Assembly: GCA_000004695.1 (NCBI GenBank)
Contig: CM000154.2
Span: 1,216,001 to 1,280,000, forward strand
From: Dictyostelium discoideum
Taxonomy: Eukaryota
Length of the DNA stretch: 64,000 bases
Direction: 5' to 3'
In this document: positions 1 to 21,026 of the stretch, piece after piece
How the letters are laid out: the number at the start of each line of letters is the position of its first letter
Position numbering within the stretch: the stretch's first letter is position 1
Program-made: the position numbers and the translations under genes
The notes under the pieces: generated by a model
What the model saw: the letters and a program-made list of their open reading frames with translations, nothing else
Told to the model about the DNA's origin: nothing
Databases searched by the model: none

Positions 1-29
1 TTATTACTTTAAATAGAAATCGATTTTTC

Positions 30-32
<3 letters not shown>

Positions 33-71
<39 letters not shown>
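33..71. repeat. poly(T) homopolymer tract (~39 nt)
   Basis: Uninterrupted T run read directly; typical of Dictyostelium intergenic DNA. Confidence 0.9.
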
Positions 72-78
<7 letters not shown>

Positions 79-266
79 ATAGACAGGAAAATTAATTTTT
101 TAAATTTTTTATTTCTTAAAAAAAAAAAAATAAAATAAAAAAATAAAATGAATTTACAAAGAATTAATCTTTGTGTGTAAAAATACAATGGAAAATGAAA
201 ATGATTAAAAATAATTTTTTTTTTTTTTTTTGATTTAGTAACTATTGTTTAAATTTTTTATAAAAA

Positions 267-298
<32 letters not shown>

Positions 299-627
299 TT
301 TAAAGATATTTTTGAAGAAAAAAAAAACTTAAAAATAAAAAAAAAAATTGTCTCATGTGAAATCGTTAATCAAATCGACGATTATGTTTTTAATCATTTG
401 ATTTCTTTTTTTTTGAGGCCCAAAAAAAAAAAAATTTTTAATAAAAAATTGGAGGTTTTTTTTTTTTGCCGTTAGATTTTTTTTTATATTTTTTTTATTT
501 TTTTTTTATTTTTTATTTTTTTTTAGCTTTTGTAAACAGTGTTAAATTTCCAATAAAAAGTAAAATTTTAAAAAAAAAACCCAAATTAAATAAAAAAATT
601 ACCCAATATCCTTTTGCGTGAATAATT

Positions 628-659
<32 letters not shown>

Positions 660-1315
660 CATTTATTTATTATTTTTTAAAAATAGAGTTTGCAAATGAA
701 CATCAAAATATTTTATTAATTTGGCACCTCTGTTAGATGCAAATATTAAAATATTAATATAAAATTACACTTGTTGAGAAAATAAAATGACTGAAAAAAA
801 TTGTTAATTGTTTTATTTTTTTGATTATTGCTTTTTATTAGTTTTATTTTTTTTTTTTTCTTTATTTTTTTTTATTTTTCTTTTCTTTTTTTTTTTTTTA
901 TTTTTAAAAATTTAGAATTTCAGATCACACAAAAAAAAAAAAATTTTAAAAAAAAAAAATTTAACGTGCCCCAATCAAATAAAATTTTTCCGATTTCTTT
1001 TTTATTTTTTTCTTTTTTTATTTTTTTTTTTTTAAAGAATATTATTATTTCTTTTTCTTTTTTTTTAAAAATAAATAAAAAGGGGGAGTTTTTTTATTTA
1101 GGAATTAAAAAAAAAATATAATTAAATTTTTGGTTTACCATAATTTTTTTTTTTCCCAAATTTAACAAAAAATAGAAAATTTTTTTAAAAGTCCAATTAA
1201 AAAAAAAAAAAAAAAATTGAAAAAAAAAAAAAAAAAAAAAATTGAAAAAAAAAAATTTGTTTAAAAAAAAAAAAAAAAAAAAAAAAATGATACACACCCA
1301 TGAAATGTTCTATCA

Positions 1316-1417
1316 ATGGAACCTTTCAGCTATGAAATAGAAGGATTCAAAAAATCGGATAAAGATTTACCCTTAGAAATTAGTTGCAATGAAGAAGAAA
1401 ATGAATATAAAATGAAA

Positions 1418-1481
<64 letters not shown>

Positions 1482-1710
1482 GTAATAGTAATAATAGTAG
1501 TAATATTAATAATAGCAACTTTAATAAAATTTTCTTAATGAAATGGGTGATTGTTGTAAATATAATATCTCCATTCACAATATTTTATCTTTATCTCCTA
1601 TATTTTGATTCAATAAATAGTGAAGCAATTAAATCTGAAATGGAGTTTAATTTAATCATTCATATTTATAGATCAATGTGGTCACTGGTATTATTATTAT
1701 TTTTATCATC
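1316..1710 (+). CDS. EXS-domain membrane protein, putative exon 1 (N-terminus with poly-Asn run; 3' boundary uncertain)
   Basis: ATG at 1316 opens an ORF encoding MEPFSYEIEGFKK..., an (AAT)n poly-N tract, then hydrophobic segments. A GTATGT donor lies at 1711, but its phase (2) does not match any nearby acceptor, so the exon 1 to exon 2 junction is unresolved. The 3' part of this ORF may be intron read-through. Confidence 0.3.
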
Positions 1711-1758
1711 GTATGTATTATTTAATATAATAATATCATAAATTGGTTTATTTACTGA

Positions 1759-1804
<46 letters not shown>

Positions 1805-1865
1805 TAAAATTTATATATATGGGATAAATTTAATATAAAATACTTTTCAATTTTTAAATTTAAAG

Positions 1866-2175
1866 ATTTTTTAAAAAATCCACCCCTTCCAAATCCAAAT
1901 CCAAATATAAATATAAATATAAATGCGATATCAACAGATGAAGGACCAATTATATTTAATATTTTATTTAAAAAATCAATTGCTTTACTTTTTATTTTAT
2001 CAGTATCAGTTTTAGCTTCAATTTTAAATCAAAGTTACAATAATAAAATAATTTCAATATTTATATGGACTTGCTTTTTTATTACACTATTTTATAATAG
2101 ATTTATTAGATTATTAGTTACTGAAAATATTATTTTAATTTTAAAAGCACCATTTAAATCAATTACATTTTTATC
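1866..2175 (+). CDS. EXS-domain membrane protein, putative exon 2 (TM segments)
   Basis: The open frame reads PNPNININ AISTDEGPIIFNILFKKSIALLFILSVSVLASILNQSYNNKIISIFIWTCFFITLFYNRFIRLLVTENIILILKAPFKSITFL. The GTATGT donor at 2176 is phase 2, which matches the exon 3 acceptor. The 5' boundary (AG at 1864-65) is uncertain. Confidence 0.35.
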
Positions 2176-2210
2176 GTATGTATTATCAACTCTAATTTTT
2201 AAAGAAAATC

Positions 2211-2302
<92 letters not shown>

Positions 2303-2322
2303 TTAATAATAATAATAATAAT
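2211..2322. repeat. (AAT)n microsatellite (~110 nt), probably intronic
   Basis: Pure AAT repeat between the phase-2 donor at 2176 and the AG acceptor at 2335-36. It is skipped by the proposed splice. Confidence 0.8.
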
Positions 2323-2336
2323 ATTTATTTATTTAG

Positions 2337-2769
2337 GTTTTGGATTGCAGATCAAATTACAAGTTTATCAATATTTTTAAAAGATTTCAATATGTCATTA
2401 TGTTTTTTAATATCATTTTTTAACATTGAATATTGCAGTAAACAATTTGAATGGTTGTCAATAATAATACCAATATTACCATTTTCATTCCGAATTAATC
2501 AATGTCTTCGAGTTTATTATGATAATAATGAAAACAAATCACAATTATTCAATGCATTAAAATATTTTATGGGTTTGGTTGTTTTATTCTTTTCAAATCT
2601 TTATCATAATAAGGATAATGGCGAAGTTTATAAAATTTATTGGATTTCATTTGCAATGATTAGTACAATTTTTTCAACCTATTGGGATATTGTAAAAGAT
2701 TGGGGTTTATTTTCAAAAAGTTCAAAAAATTATTTATTAAGAGATCAATTATTATTTATTTATAAACCT
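2337..2769 (+). CDS. EXS-domain membrane protein, exon 3 (EXS core with WDIVKDWGLF motif)
   Basis: An AG acceptor at 2335-36 follows a T-rich tract. The frame encodes FWIADQITSLSIFLKDFNMSLCFL...NALKYFMGLVVLFFSNLY...YWDIVKDWGLFSKSSKNYLLRDQLLFIYKP, matching the conserved EXS motifs (Y..WD...DWGL, LR). A GTAAAT donor at 2770 ends the exon in phase 0. Confidence 0.55.
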
Positions 2770-2873
2770 GTAAATATTTTATTATTATTAATATTATTAA
2801 AAATATTTTTTAAAAATTAATATGCATATTAATATTTTAAACATCTTTTTTTTTTTTTTTTTTTATAAAAAAG

Positions 2874-3101
2874 TTTTATTATCACTCAATAATTTCAAAT
2901 ATAATTATGAGATTTACATGGGTTATATTAATAAATCCATCATATTTTGGGTTTAAATCAAGTAATGAAATTTTAATTGGTATATTTTTAGTGTCAATTG
3001 ATATTGTTAGGCGTTGTCAATGGAATTTTTTAAGGTTAGAATATGAAGTAATTCAATCAAGTTTTAAAAATTTTAAACAAATAAATATTGAAGAAATATA
3101 A
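2874..3101 (+). CDS. EXS-domain membrane protein, terminal exon (…IVRRCQWNFLRLEYE…)
   Basis: The AG at 2872-73 follows a poly-T tract and opens a phase-0 exon. It encodes FYYHSIISNIIMRFTWVILINP...DIVRRCQWNFLRLEYEVIQ, the characteristic C-terminal EXS signature (RRxxWNxFRLENEH-like). The stop is at 3099-3101. Confidence 0.6.
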   Translation, partial: FYYHSIISNIIMRFTWVILINPSYFGFKSSNEILIGIFLVSIDIVRRCQWNFLRLEYEVIQSSFKNFKQINIEEI

Positions 3102-3205
3102 CCAATTTTTTTTTCTTTTTTTTTTTTTTTTTTTTCTAAACTATTTAATACATATTTATTTTATATTTATTTATTTATTTTTTAATCTATAAATAGAATT
3201 GTTGG

Positions 3206-12295
<9,090 letters not shown>

Positions 12296-12356
12296 CTAAA
12301 AAAAAAAAATATGATTAGTATAAAATTAATAAAAATCTATGAGAAATATATATAAA

Positions 12357-12403
<47 letters not shown>

Positions 12404-12411
12404 TACATTAC

Positions 12412-12627
12412 AAGCAGAAGTATGATTTTTAATAGCATTATATAATTCAACATTTAATAATTGGTCAGGTAAAGATGCAATGAATTCAACCAAGAGAGCT
12501 GCTACATCATAGGGATCTTGTGGATCTGGATAATAGAAATTGAAATCACCAGTTCTTTCAAATGAATTTCTCATAAATTTAACTTTTTCATTATTATATT
12601 TTCTAAAGAATAAATCTTCAACATGAC
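12412..12627 (-). CDS. roco9: Roco-family kinase, exon 2 (RhoGAP domain, middle part)
   Basis: Acceptor ...attattattag at 12629-28; donor GTAATG at 12411-10. It encodes HVEDLFFRKYNNEKVKFMRNSFERTGDFNFYYPDPQDPYDVAALLVEFIASLPDQLLNVELYNAIKNHTSA, the RhoGAP core with the conserved V-A-x-LLK-x-F-x-x-LP-x-PLL motif. Phases are consistent (in 1, out 1). The flanking introns are 109 and 116 nt, and the second is poly-A/T rich. Confidence 0.7.
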
Positions 12628-12736
12628 CTAATAATAATAATTATAATTATATAATAATATTTTACTTTATATAAGAATATGAATTACAACAACAACAACC
12701 ACTACTACAAAATTATAAATTATAAATTTTACTTAC

Positions 12737-13553
12737 AATGACCTTCTAAAAATGAAATTGATTTCTCTAATAAAATTGGAATTGATAAACCATTATCTTG
12801 ACGTTTGATTAAAGAATATAATGGTGTACCAAAATATTGAAAATCTGAAAACTGATTACTATTATAGAAATGAATAGGTGGTGATTGTTGATCAAATATT
12901 GGTAATGGTGTATTTGGCATTATAAATTCAAAGTTTGAAATATTTGATTTAATTGATGATGATGAACCATTCTTTTCAGTTTTTAAAGATTTAAATTTTA
13001 ATGAATTATATATATGTTTTAGTTTCGATGATTTTGGTGGTTTTGGTGTTTTCACTGTACCAGACGATGATGATGATGATGCTGCTGACATAGTTGGTGA
13101 TGTTGTTGAAGTTGATGTTATATCTGATGATTCACTAGTTTGTGAATAGAACGAGTCTGATCTAATTCCACCATTACCACCATTATTTGATGGATTATAG
13201 TCAATACTTCTTGTACTTGAAGATCTTAATGATGAATATGAAGTTGAATTTGTGGATGCTGCTAATCTATTTATATTTTCAGAATCACCTTCAACTGATG
13301 GAGTATTTAAGGAATTAGTATTATTATTATTATTATCACCTTCCATAAATTGTTGTTGTTGTTGTTGTTGCTCATCATCTTGCTGTTGTTGTAATTGTTG
13401 TAAAATTTTCTTTTCTTTATCTTTTTTACTTGTTCCAAATAAAGTTTTAAATTTTAATGTTCCACTTCTTGATTTTTTAGTTTCTTCTTTTTCACCAGTA
13501 TCTTCATTTGATCTTTTGGATTTTTTATCAAATAAATTAGCAATTGATGTCAT
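12737..13553 (-). CDS. roco9: Roco-family kinase, exon 1 (N-terminal Ser-rich region and start of RhoGAP domain)
   Basis: ATG at 13553-51 (MTSIANLFDKKSKRS...) follows AT-rich intergenic DNA. The exon ends ...SIPILLEKSISFLEGH with a GTAAGT donor at 12736-31 in phase 1. The IPIL.EK.I.FLE motif is the start of a RhoGAP domain. Confidence 0.7.
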
Positions 13554-13959
13554 TATTTATTTTTATTATTATTATTATTATTATTACTGTTGTTATTACT
13601 ATTATTATTGTTATTATTTATGATTAAAAATTAATTTGTTAAAAATTTAGAAAAAAAAAAAAATATATATTTTTTTTTTTTTTTATTTTATTATTTATTG
13701 TTTTTAATATTTTTTTTTTTTTTTTTATAGTGAGGTGTGTGCGAATTTTAAATACCACCAAAATGATGGTGTGATTATTATTCTAAAATGAGTGGTTTTT
13801 TTCAACTGTCAAAAATAATAAAAAAATAAAAAAAAAAATTTAAAAATAAAATAAAAATGATTGGTTATTTTGAGTGTGTATGTATGTATGTGTGAGTAAG
13901 TGAGTGTGGTTTGAAAGAAAATAAAAATGAAAAGGGTGGCGAAATCCAAAAAAATCTCC

Positions 13960-13992
<33 letters not shown>

Positions 13993-14198
13993 TTAAAGTA
14001 CTATTTTTATTATTAATTATAAAATACACATTGAGTTGATACCTTTAATGTGGTAAAAAAAAAAAAATAATAATAAAGTGTTGAAACAAACAAAACAAAA
14101 AAAAAATAATTAAAAATACAATTTAGGCGCACTTTTTTTTTTTTTGAACGATGAAAAAAAAAATAAAAAAAAAATAAAAAAAAAAGAAAAAAAATCAA

Positions 14199-14230
<32 letters not shown>

Positions 14231-14520
14231 AAAATCAAAAAAAAAAAAATTTCAAATTTGAAGTGCTCAACCAATCAGTTTTTTTTTTTTTTTCTATTCA
14301 TTGAATTTTAGTTTTATTATAAAATAAAAAAACAATACCTGCTAAAATATGCAAACCCCAAAAAAAAAAAACTATTTATTTATTAATAAAATATATTATA
14401 TTTATTTTATTATATATATATATTTTTTTTGGTATTTGCATATTTTCTCTTTATCTTTATTGGAAATACAATTTTTTTTTTTTTTTTCTAAACAATTTTT
14501 ATTTTTTATTTTAATTTTAT

Positions 14521-14691
14521 TTATTTTTTATGATGAATAACGATTTGTTCTAAAATATCTTGTAAAGAAACAACACCAATTGGATGATGATCATCATTTA
14601 CAACAAATACTCTATGTGCTTTTTTTTCAGAAACATTTTCAACAACACTTTTAAATGTATCACTTGGTTTACAAAAAATATAATTATTATC
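14521..14691 (-). CDS. prkag: AMP-activated protein kinase gamma subunit (CBS-domain protein), exon 4 of 4
   Basis: Acceptor ttttttcag at 14694-92. It encodes DNNYIFCKPSDTFKSVVENVSEKKAHRVFVVNDDHHPIGVVSLQDILEQIVIHHKK*, which matches the last CBS motif of Snf4/PRKAG (VHRLFVVDE...GILSLADIL). Confidence 0.75.
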   Translation of the reverse strand, partial: DNNYIFCKPSDTFKSVVENVSEKKAHRVFVVNDDHHPIGVVSLQDILEQIVIHHKK

Positions 14692-14826
14692 CTGAAAAAA
14701 TAAAAAAAATAAAAAAAATAAAAAATAAAAAATTAATATTATTAAAATTTTAAAATAAATAAATAAATAAATAAATAAAATTAAATAAAATAATATTCTA
14801 TATTCTACGTATTAATAAAAACATAC

Positions 14827-15141
14827 AGTGACTTTTTTTAAAGCTTGTAAATATTCAGATACAGGTAAATGTAATAATTGAAGGTATTGGAATTTTGGTT
14901 TAATTAACTTTAAATCACTATCACCAATAGCGCCAATTAATTTACCTTGTGAATCTGTAACACCAACACCACTAACACCCATTTTTGAAATTAATTTGAA
15001 TGCATCCCATGCTTTTTTATCGCTTGAAATTGAAACTACATCACTTGTACCAATTTTCATCTCTTTAATTGTCATTTTACCTAATTTTTCTAATTCTTTA
15101 TCCATTGCAAATAAATGAGATATACATTCAATAATTCTTGA
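14827..15141 (-). CDS. prkag: AMPK gamma subunit, exon 3
   Basis: Acceptor aaaaaaag at 15143-42; donor GTATGT at 14826-21; phase 0 at both ends. It encodes SRIIECISHLFAMDKELEKLGKMTIKEMKIGTSDVVSISSDKKAWDAFKLISKMGVSGVGVTDSQGKLIGAIGDSDLKLIKPKFQYLQLLHLPVSEYLQALKKVT, a CBS domain. Confidence 0.7.
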
Positions 15142-15173
<32 letters not shown>

Positions 15174-15239
15174 TATATAATTAATAAAAAAAATAAAAAT
15201 AAAAATAAAAATATTTATGGTGATAAATTTATACGATAC

Positions 15240-15590
15240 ATTTGTAATTATATTACAAAGTTCACCTTTTTGATTTAATACGGCAACTCTTCTAATATTA
15301 TTTTTAACCATTAAACCAGCGACATTATCCAACATAGTTTCACTATCGACTACAATGAAAGGATCTCTTTTTGATGAATCACAAATATCAGCCACTATAC
15401 TTTTTTTAAATAATTTTCTATCTTGAAGATCCAATAAAACAGTATTGATATCACCTTCTTGTTCCCAATGTTGAGTTGTTGATGTTGTAACAATCTCTTT
15501 AATTAAATCTAACATTGAAAAGAAACAATAATATTTCTTTTCATTTGGGTTATAAACAGGAGCAGATAAAATATTATTTGAAATTAATTG
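15240..15590 (-). CDS. prkag: AMPK gamma subunit, exon 2
   Basis: Acceptor ttgctag at 15592-91. It encodes QLISNNILSAPVYNPNEKKYYCFFSMLDLIKEIV...DPFIVVDSETMLDNVAGLMVKNNIRRVAVLNQKGELCNIITN, which aligns well with Snf4 ([30 protein letters not shown]). The donor GTATCG at 15239 is weak, so the 3' end is +/- a few codons. Confidence 0.7.
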
Positions 15591-15660
15591 CTAGCAATAA
15601 ATAATATTTAATAAAATAAAAATAAAAAAATAAAAAATAAAAAAAATTAATAAATATTAA

Positions 15661-15663
<3 letters not shown>

Positions 15664-15723
<60 letters not shown>
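15664..15723. repeat. (TA)~30 dinucleotide microsatellite inside prkag intron 1
   Basis: Perfect TA alternation read directly from the sequence. Confidence 0.9.
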
Positions 15724-15726
<3 letters not shown>

Positions 15727-15749
15727 AAATTTATATACATATACATTAC

Positions 15750-15854
15750 TTTTAATGCAAGATCTATTGTATCTGTCATTGATACTGCTTTTATTACACT
15801 TGAGTCATTTGGAAAAACTGGTGAGGATGCCCTTAATGTTTTTAATAATTCCAT
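15750..15854 (-). CDS. prkag: AMPK gamma subunit, exon 1
   Basis: ATG at 15854. It encodes MELLKTLRASSPVFPNDSSVIKAVSMTDTIDLALK; the donor is GTAATG at 15749. The following intron contains the (TA)n repeat. Confidence 0.6.
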
Positions 15855-16073
15855 TTTTTTATTTTTATTTTCTTTATTTATTTATTTATTTATTTATTTA
15901 TTTTTTTTTTTTTTTTATTTTTTTTTTTTTTATTTTTTTATTTTTTTATTTATTTATTTTTTATTTATTTTTTTATTTATTTATTTGTACTTTGAAAATT
16001 AGTGATAGTTTAAAAAAAAAAAAAAAATAAAGAAGAAAAATTAATTGTAAAAAGGTTTTTTTTTTTTTATTTT

Positions 16074-16115
<42 letters not shown>

Positions 16116-16351
16116 AACCCTATCTTTTATTAGTTTTCAAATAGATTTAAAAAAAAAATAAAATAAAATAAAATTTTAAATTAAAAAAATAAAAAAATAA
16201 TGAAACACTATTTTGGCGTGACAAATTATTGAAATGTTGTTATCATAATTTCACTTTTTTATGGTAAACATTTTTAAAAACAATAATATTATTATATTTA
16301 ACACCACACTCACGCTACACAAATACATAAAATAGTTATAAAAAAAATATA

Positions 16352-16389
<38 letters not shown>

Positions 16390-16443
16390 TAGTGGGTTTT
16401 GTGAACATACAATTTTTATCTCTTTTATTTATTTTATATAAAG

Positions 16444-16478
<35 letters not shown>

Positions 16479-16695
16479 ATACCAAAATTATAAAAAAAAT
16501 AAAAATAAAAATAAAAATAAAAATAAAAATATAAATATAAAAAAAAAAAAAAAAAAAACCTTTTTATTTTTTGAATTAAAGCAGGGGATTATTATGCCCA
16601 TGATTTTTAATTATTCATATCCCTTTTTTTTATTTTTTTTTTAAAAAATTAAAATAAATTTGGGAATTCTCTATTTATTTTATTTTATTTTATTT

Positions 16696-16731
<36 letters not shown>

Positions 16732-16936
16732 TTTAATTATTAATAAATAAAAAATAAAATTAAATTAATAATTAAATATTGTAAGCAAATTTTTGTTCTT
16801 CTAGATGAGAAAAAAAAACGAAACATAACATTGTTTCCTTTTTGGATGTGAGAAATTAAAAATAAAAATAAAATAAAAAAAATAAAAAATAAAATTAAAA
16901 TTTTTTTTTAAAAAAATTTAAAGAAAAAAATTTTTA

Positions 16937-16976
<40 letters not shown>

Positions 16977-17062
16977 TTTTTTTTATTTAATAAAACATAT
17001 ACATATAACACATATTTTAATTACAAATACACACAACTCCTAAATAATAAAATTTTTAAAAA

Positions 17063-17072
17063 ATGAATATAA
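17063..17072 (+). CDS. IFRD/Tis7-like protein, putative micro-exon 1 (ATGAATATAA)
   Basis: Speculative. Exon 2 has no in-frame ATG and begins after an acceptor at 17326-27. The nearest upstream ATG that is followed by a donor (GTAAAT at 17073) in the correct phase (1) is this 10-nt exon. It would give MNI-R-EKKKTSHR... Confidence 0.2.
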
Positions 17073-17327
17073 GTAAATATCTTGATATAAAAATAAATAA
17101 CTAAACATTACTCTCTCAACAAAACAAAATACACACTCACACGCTCGCACCACCATATAAATTTATTTATATTTTATAATATAAAAAACTCAACTGAATA
17201 ATTTCACCACACACCTTCACATATTTAAACTGCATAATAAATTATATTAATAAAAAAAAAAAAAAAAATAACTTACACATATTAACTTTTTTTTTTTTTT
17301 TTTTTTTTTTATATTATTATATTATAG

Positions 17328-17904
17328 GAGAAAAAAAGAAAACCAGTCATAGATCAACAGTTGCAGTCCATAAAGCACTAAATGAAAAAGATAGAGAATT
17401 TAATTACTTTTTACCATTATTAAAAGAAAAGAAAACAAGTATTGTATCAAATGCAATCAATAATTTAAATTATATTCTTACATATCAATCTGAAAGAGAA
17501 GAACAAGTTAGCAAAGATATTCTCGAAGCTTTATGCCAACTCTTTACAAATGGTGTCTCTGGCAAATTGGATAAACCCGAAGAACTTGGTAAATGTATTG
17601 GTTTAGTATGCTTAAAGACTGGAGAAAATAATGAATTCTACCGTTATATTAAAACCACACTCTCTTCAATTATAACCGATGGTGAAGCTCACATTAAAGA
17701 TAATGAATTAATGGCTGCAATCTATGCGCTATCTCAGTCATGTTTCTATTGTTGTACTGATCGTGACTCTTATAAACATACAATTTCCTTATTCCAAGAT
17801 TTATTATATACACAAAAAAAAAAAAATATTCAAGATAAATTATTATCAGCTTGGTTATTATTATTAACAAGAGTTAATCCTCAAGAAATGACAAATTATA
17901 AAAT
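17328..17904 (+). CDS. Interferon-related developmental regulator (IFRD/Tis7) family protein, exon 2
   Basis: It encodes ...KALNEKDREFNYFLPLLKEKKTSIVSNAINNL...DKLLSAWLLLLTRVNPQEMTNYK(M). This aligns with human IFRD1 (SSLLAWTLLLTICPINEVKKKLEMHF). The donor GTAAAT at 17905 is phase 2. Confidence 0.65.
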
Positions 17905-17936
17905 GTAAATATTTTAAATAATATATTTATTAGTTA

Positions 17937-17937
<1 letters not shown>

Positions 17938-18030
<93 letters not shown>

Positions 18031-18031
18031 T
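17938..18031. repeat. (ATT)n microsatellite inside IFRD-like intron
   Basis: Pure ATT repeat of about 94 nt lying between the donor at 17905 and the acceptor at 18078-79. Confidence 0.9.
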
Positions 18032-18079
18032 ATTATTTTCAAATACTAAAAATTATTATTATTATTATTTTTTTTTTAG

Positions 18080-18875
18080 GGTTTTACCAAGATTAATTGA
18101 ATTATCAAAATCATCATCACAAAATGTTAGATTATCTGCATCATTGAGTATTGCAATGATTGTTGATGATGTTAAAGAAAAAGTATTGGAAGATTTTGAA
18201 AGTGAAATGGGTAGTGAAGATTTAAATGAAGATTATGAAGAATATGATGATGATGAAGATTATGATGGTGAATATAATTATGATGAAGAAGAAGAAGAGA
18301 TCGAAAGGGATTATAGAAGAAGTAGTGATAATGGAGGTAAATCAGCAGCACCAATTGATCAATTAAATAATTTAAGTTTTAATGGTGATGAATATAATAG
18401 CGATGATGATGAGGAAGGTGAATTTAGTGAATATAGTGAAGAGGATACAGTGAATCAATTCATTGTAGACGATGATCATATGGTACAAGTTATTGAAGGA
18501 ACCCTTAGTTTAAATAATGAAAAGGGTAAGAAAAAAATTCAATCCAAAACATTGTTACGTCAAATCCTTGGAAATTTAAAGGATGGTGATTCACCAAAAG
18601 AAACTATCATCATCTATGGTTTACCATTCCATTTCAGTGGTTGGAGAAAGTATATCCAATTGGAAGGTTTACGTAAACTCGTTGGTAATGCTATGATGGC
18701 TCAATGGCAAAATCCATTAATTCAAAAACAATTTGGTATTGAAATTCCTGAAGGTAATCGTTTAAGAGAAGCCAAATACCAATTAAAAAGATCAATCTCT
18801 CAAAAGAAAAAAGCAGACTATGATAGATCAGTTCGTTCAGAAAGTACTTTATTTGAAAATAATGCTGCCAATTAA
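18080..18875 (+). CDS. IFRD/Tis7 family protein, exon 3 (acidic region + conserved C-terminal domain)
   Basis: An acceptor ttttttttag at 18078-79 completes the ATG split codon. It encodes (M)VLPRLIELSKSSSQNVRLSASLSIAMIVDDVKEKV... then an acidic DE-rich stretch, then ETIIIYGLPFHFSGWRKYIQLEGLRKLVGNAMMAQWQNPLIQKQFGIEIPEGNRLREAKYQ. This matches the IFRD C-terminal domain (ETIKFGPERMYIDCWVKKHTYDTFKEVLGSGMQYHLQSNEFLRNVF). The stop is at 18873-75. Confidence 0.7.
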
Positions 18876-19204
18876 TTTTTAATAAATAAATAAAAATAAT
18901 AATAATAATAGTTTTAATTTAAATAATTTAATCTTCTCTCTCTATGATTAGAAAAAGTATTCTCAATTTTTATTTTTATTTTTTTTTAGGAAAAAAAAAA
19001 AAAAAAAATCAAAAAATTTTAAAAAAAAAAAAGAAATCAAAAAAAATATCCAAATTTTTTTTTTTATTTGAATGTATTGTAAATAAATTAAAGATTAAAG
19101 ATTTTAAAATAAACAATTCTCTATAATAAAAAAAAAAAAAAAATAAAATAAAATAAAAAAAATAATAATGTTTAAACAATTAAATTTGGCTGTTTGGGGA
19201 CTAA

Positions 19205-19252
<48 letters not shown>

Positions 19253-19607
19253 ATTTTTTTTATTTTTTTTTTTTTTCCAAAATTTTTTTTTTTTTTCCTA
19301 TCAAAAATTTTTCACGCTGTATTTTTTTTTTTTATTTTTTTTATTTTTATATTTTTTTATTTTTTTTTAATCAAGAATAACAATATTTTTAAAATAATAA
19401 TAAATTAAATTAATCTTGTACAATAAAATCCACCCAACCACCCACACACCACTACCACCCCACAAATATTTAAACACACACAAAACATTCACACACAAAT
19501 AATTGTATAATATAAATAAAATATTTTTTCTATATTTTTTTTTTTGTTAAGAAAAAAAAAAAAAAAAAAAAGATTTTTTAGAAAAAAAAAAAAATATTTA
19601 ATTAATC

Positions 19608-20195
19608 ATGAGTAATAATAATAATAGAGCAAGTATTTATGGTGGATTAGGATCAGTTGGTAAAATATTTGGAGCACCATTATTAGATGTGGTAATGAAT
19701 CAAAAGAGTAAAACAACATCATTAAATTCATCATCATCAGCAACCAACAATAACAATAGTACAGTAGAGGAGGTCAATATCCCATTATTCCTTCACAATG
19801 GATTTAAATATATTATTCAACATGGACTTGGTATCGAGGGTATCTTTCGTATTGCAGGTACTAAAGACAAGGTAAAACAATTACAAATGCAGTTGGATAA
19901 AGGGGAGAATATAGATTACGATGCATCAAAAGTTGATCCAGTGGATTTAGCAGATCTCATGAAAATATACTTTAGAGAATTACCAGACTGTTTATTACAA
20001 TCTGATCAGTATGACCATTTCATCTCACTTTTAACTTTAGATCGTTTAGGTCAAATTCAAAAATTACGTGAATTAGTCTCATCACTTCGTCCTGAAAATA
20101 GAGAAATGTTAAAACAATTAATTTGGTTCTTAGGTAGAATAGCTGTTAATTCAACTACAAATAAAATGTCTGAAGAAAATTTAGGTTTAGTTTGG
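19608..20195 (+). CDS. RhoGAP + WD40-repeat protein, exon 1 (RhoGAP domain)
   Basis: ATG at 19608. The RhoGAP motifs present are [10 protein letters not shown] (arginine finger), [21 protein letters not shown] and [12 protein letters not shown]. The donor GTAAAA at 20196 is phase 0. Confidence 0.75.
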
Positions 20196-20303
20196 GTAAA
20201 AAATTAATAAATACAATCACAATCATCAATTATCAATCATCAATCATCAATCATCAATCATCAATCAATGATTACATATCTATATTTAGGTATAAAGAAA
20301 TTA

Positions 20304-20354
<51 letters not shown>

Positions 20355-20516
20355 GGACCAAATTTGTTATGGAAAGGTGGTAAAGCTGTTAGCACAACTG
20401 ATATGATGGAATTAATGGCAGGTGCTGGTAAAATTAAATTAATTGTTACACTTTTAATTGAAGAACAAGAACATGTATTTAATAATTTAAATGCTACAAT
20501 TACAAAAGGTGAAATG
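20355..20516 (+). CDS. RhoGAP + WD40 protein, exon 2
   Basis: Acceptor poly-T...tag at 20353-54. It encodes [54 protein letters not shown]. Joined to exon 1 this completes the RhoGAP FGPNLL motif as ...LGLVW|GPNLLW. The donor is GTAAGA at 20517. Confidence 0.75.
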
Positions 20517-20581
20517 GTAAGAATATTAAGCAAATAGTTTAAACTCAATATTCAATACTAATTATTATTTATTTATTATAG

Positions 20582-20947
20582 AAAGTATCATTTATTAATA
20601 AAATTGTAGGTAATAAAAAGACATGTCAAGGTATTTCAATTATTGAAGATGGTGAAAGTAAATCAATTTGGACAGCAGATTCAGCAGGTATAATAAAAGT
20701 ATTCAATGCAGATAATTATGTTACAGAAAGAGAATGGGATTCAAATCTTGGTAGAATTCATACAATGACATCGGTTAGAGATCATGCTTGGATCGCTTCA
20801 AGTCAATCTGTTAGTCTTTGGAATAAAGCTGGTAATTTGGTTAAGGAGTTTCCAGGTTTTCATGTTTCTTTAACACCAGTTTATTCACATGGTGAATATA
20901 GAATTTGGGCTGGTACTGATCAAAAAATAACAATCTTTTCTTCAAAT
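20582..20947 (+). CDS. RhoGAP + WD40 protein, exon 3 (WD repeats)
   Basis: Acceptor tattatag at 20580-81. It encodes [46 protein letters not shown]...[21 protein letters not shown]...[16 protein letters not shown]; the donor is GTAAAT at 20948. Confidence 0.7.
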
Positions 20948-21026
20948 GTAAATATATATATATTTATTTTATTTTATTAATTATTTGTGTTTTATTTATT
21001 AATTTATGTTTTTTTATTTTTTTTAG

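Noticed and set aside
245-1297. Short ORFs 245-475, 828-1121 and 1094-1297 in the left-hand intergenic region
   Set aside because: They are K/F/N-only translations of poly-A/poly-T DNA with no codon structure; treated as intergenic.
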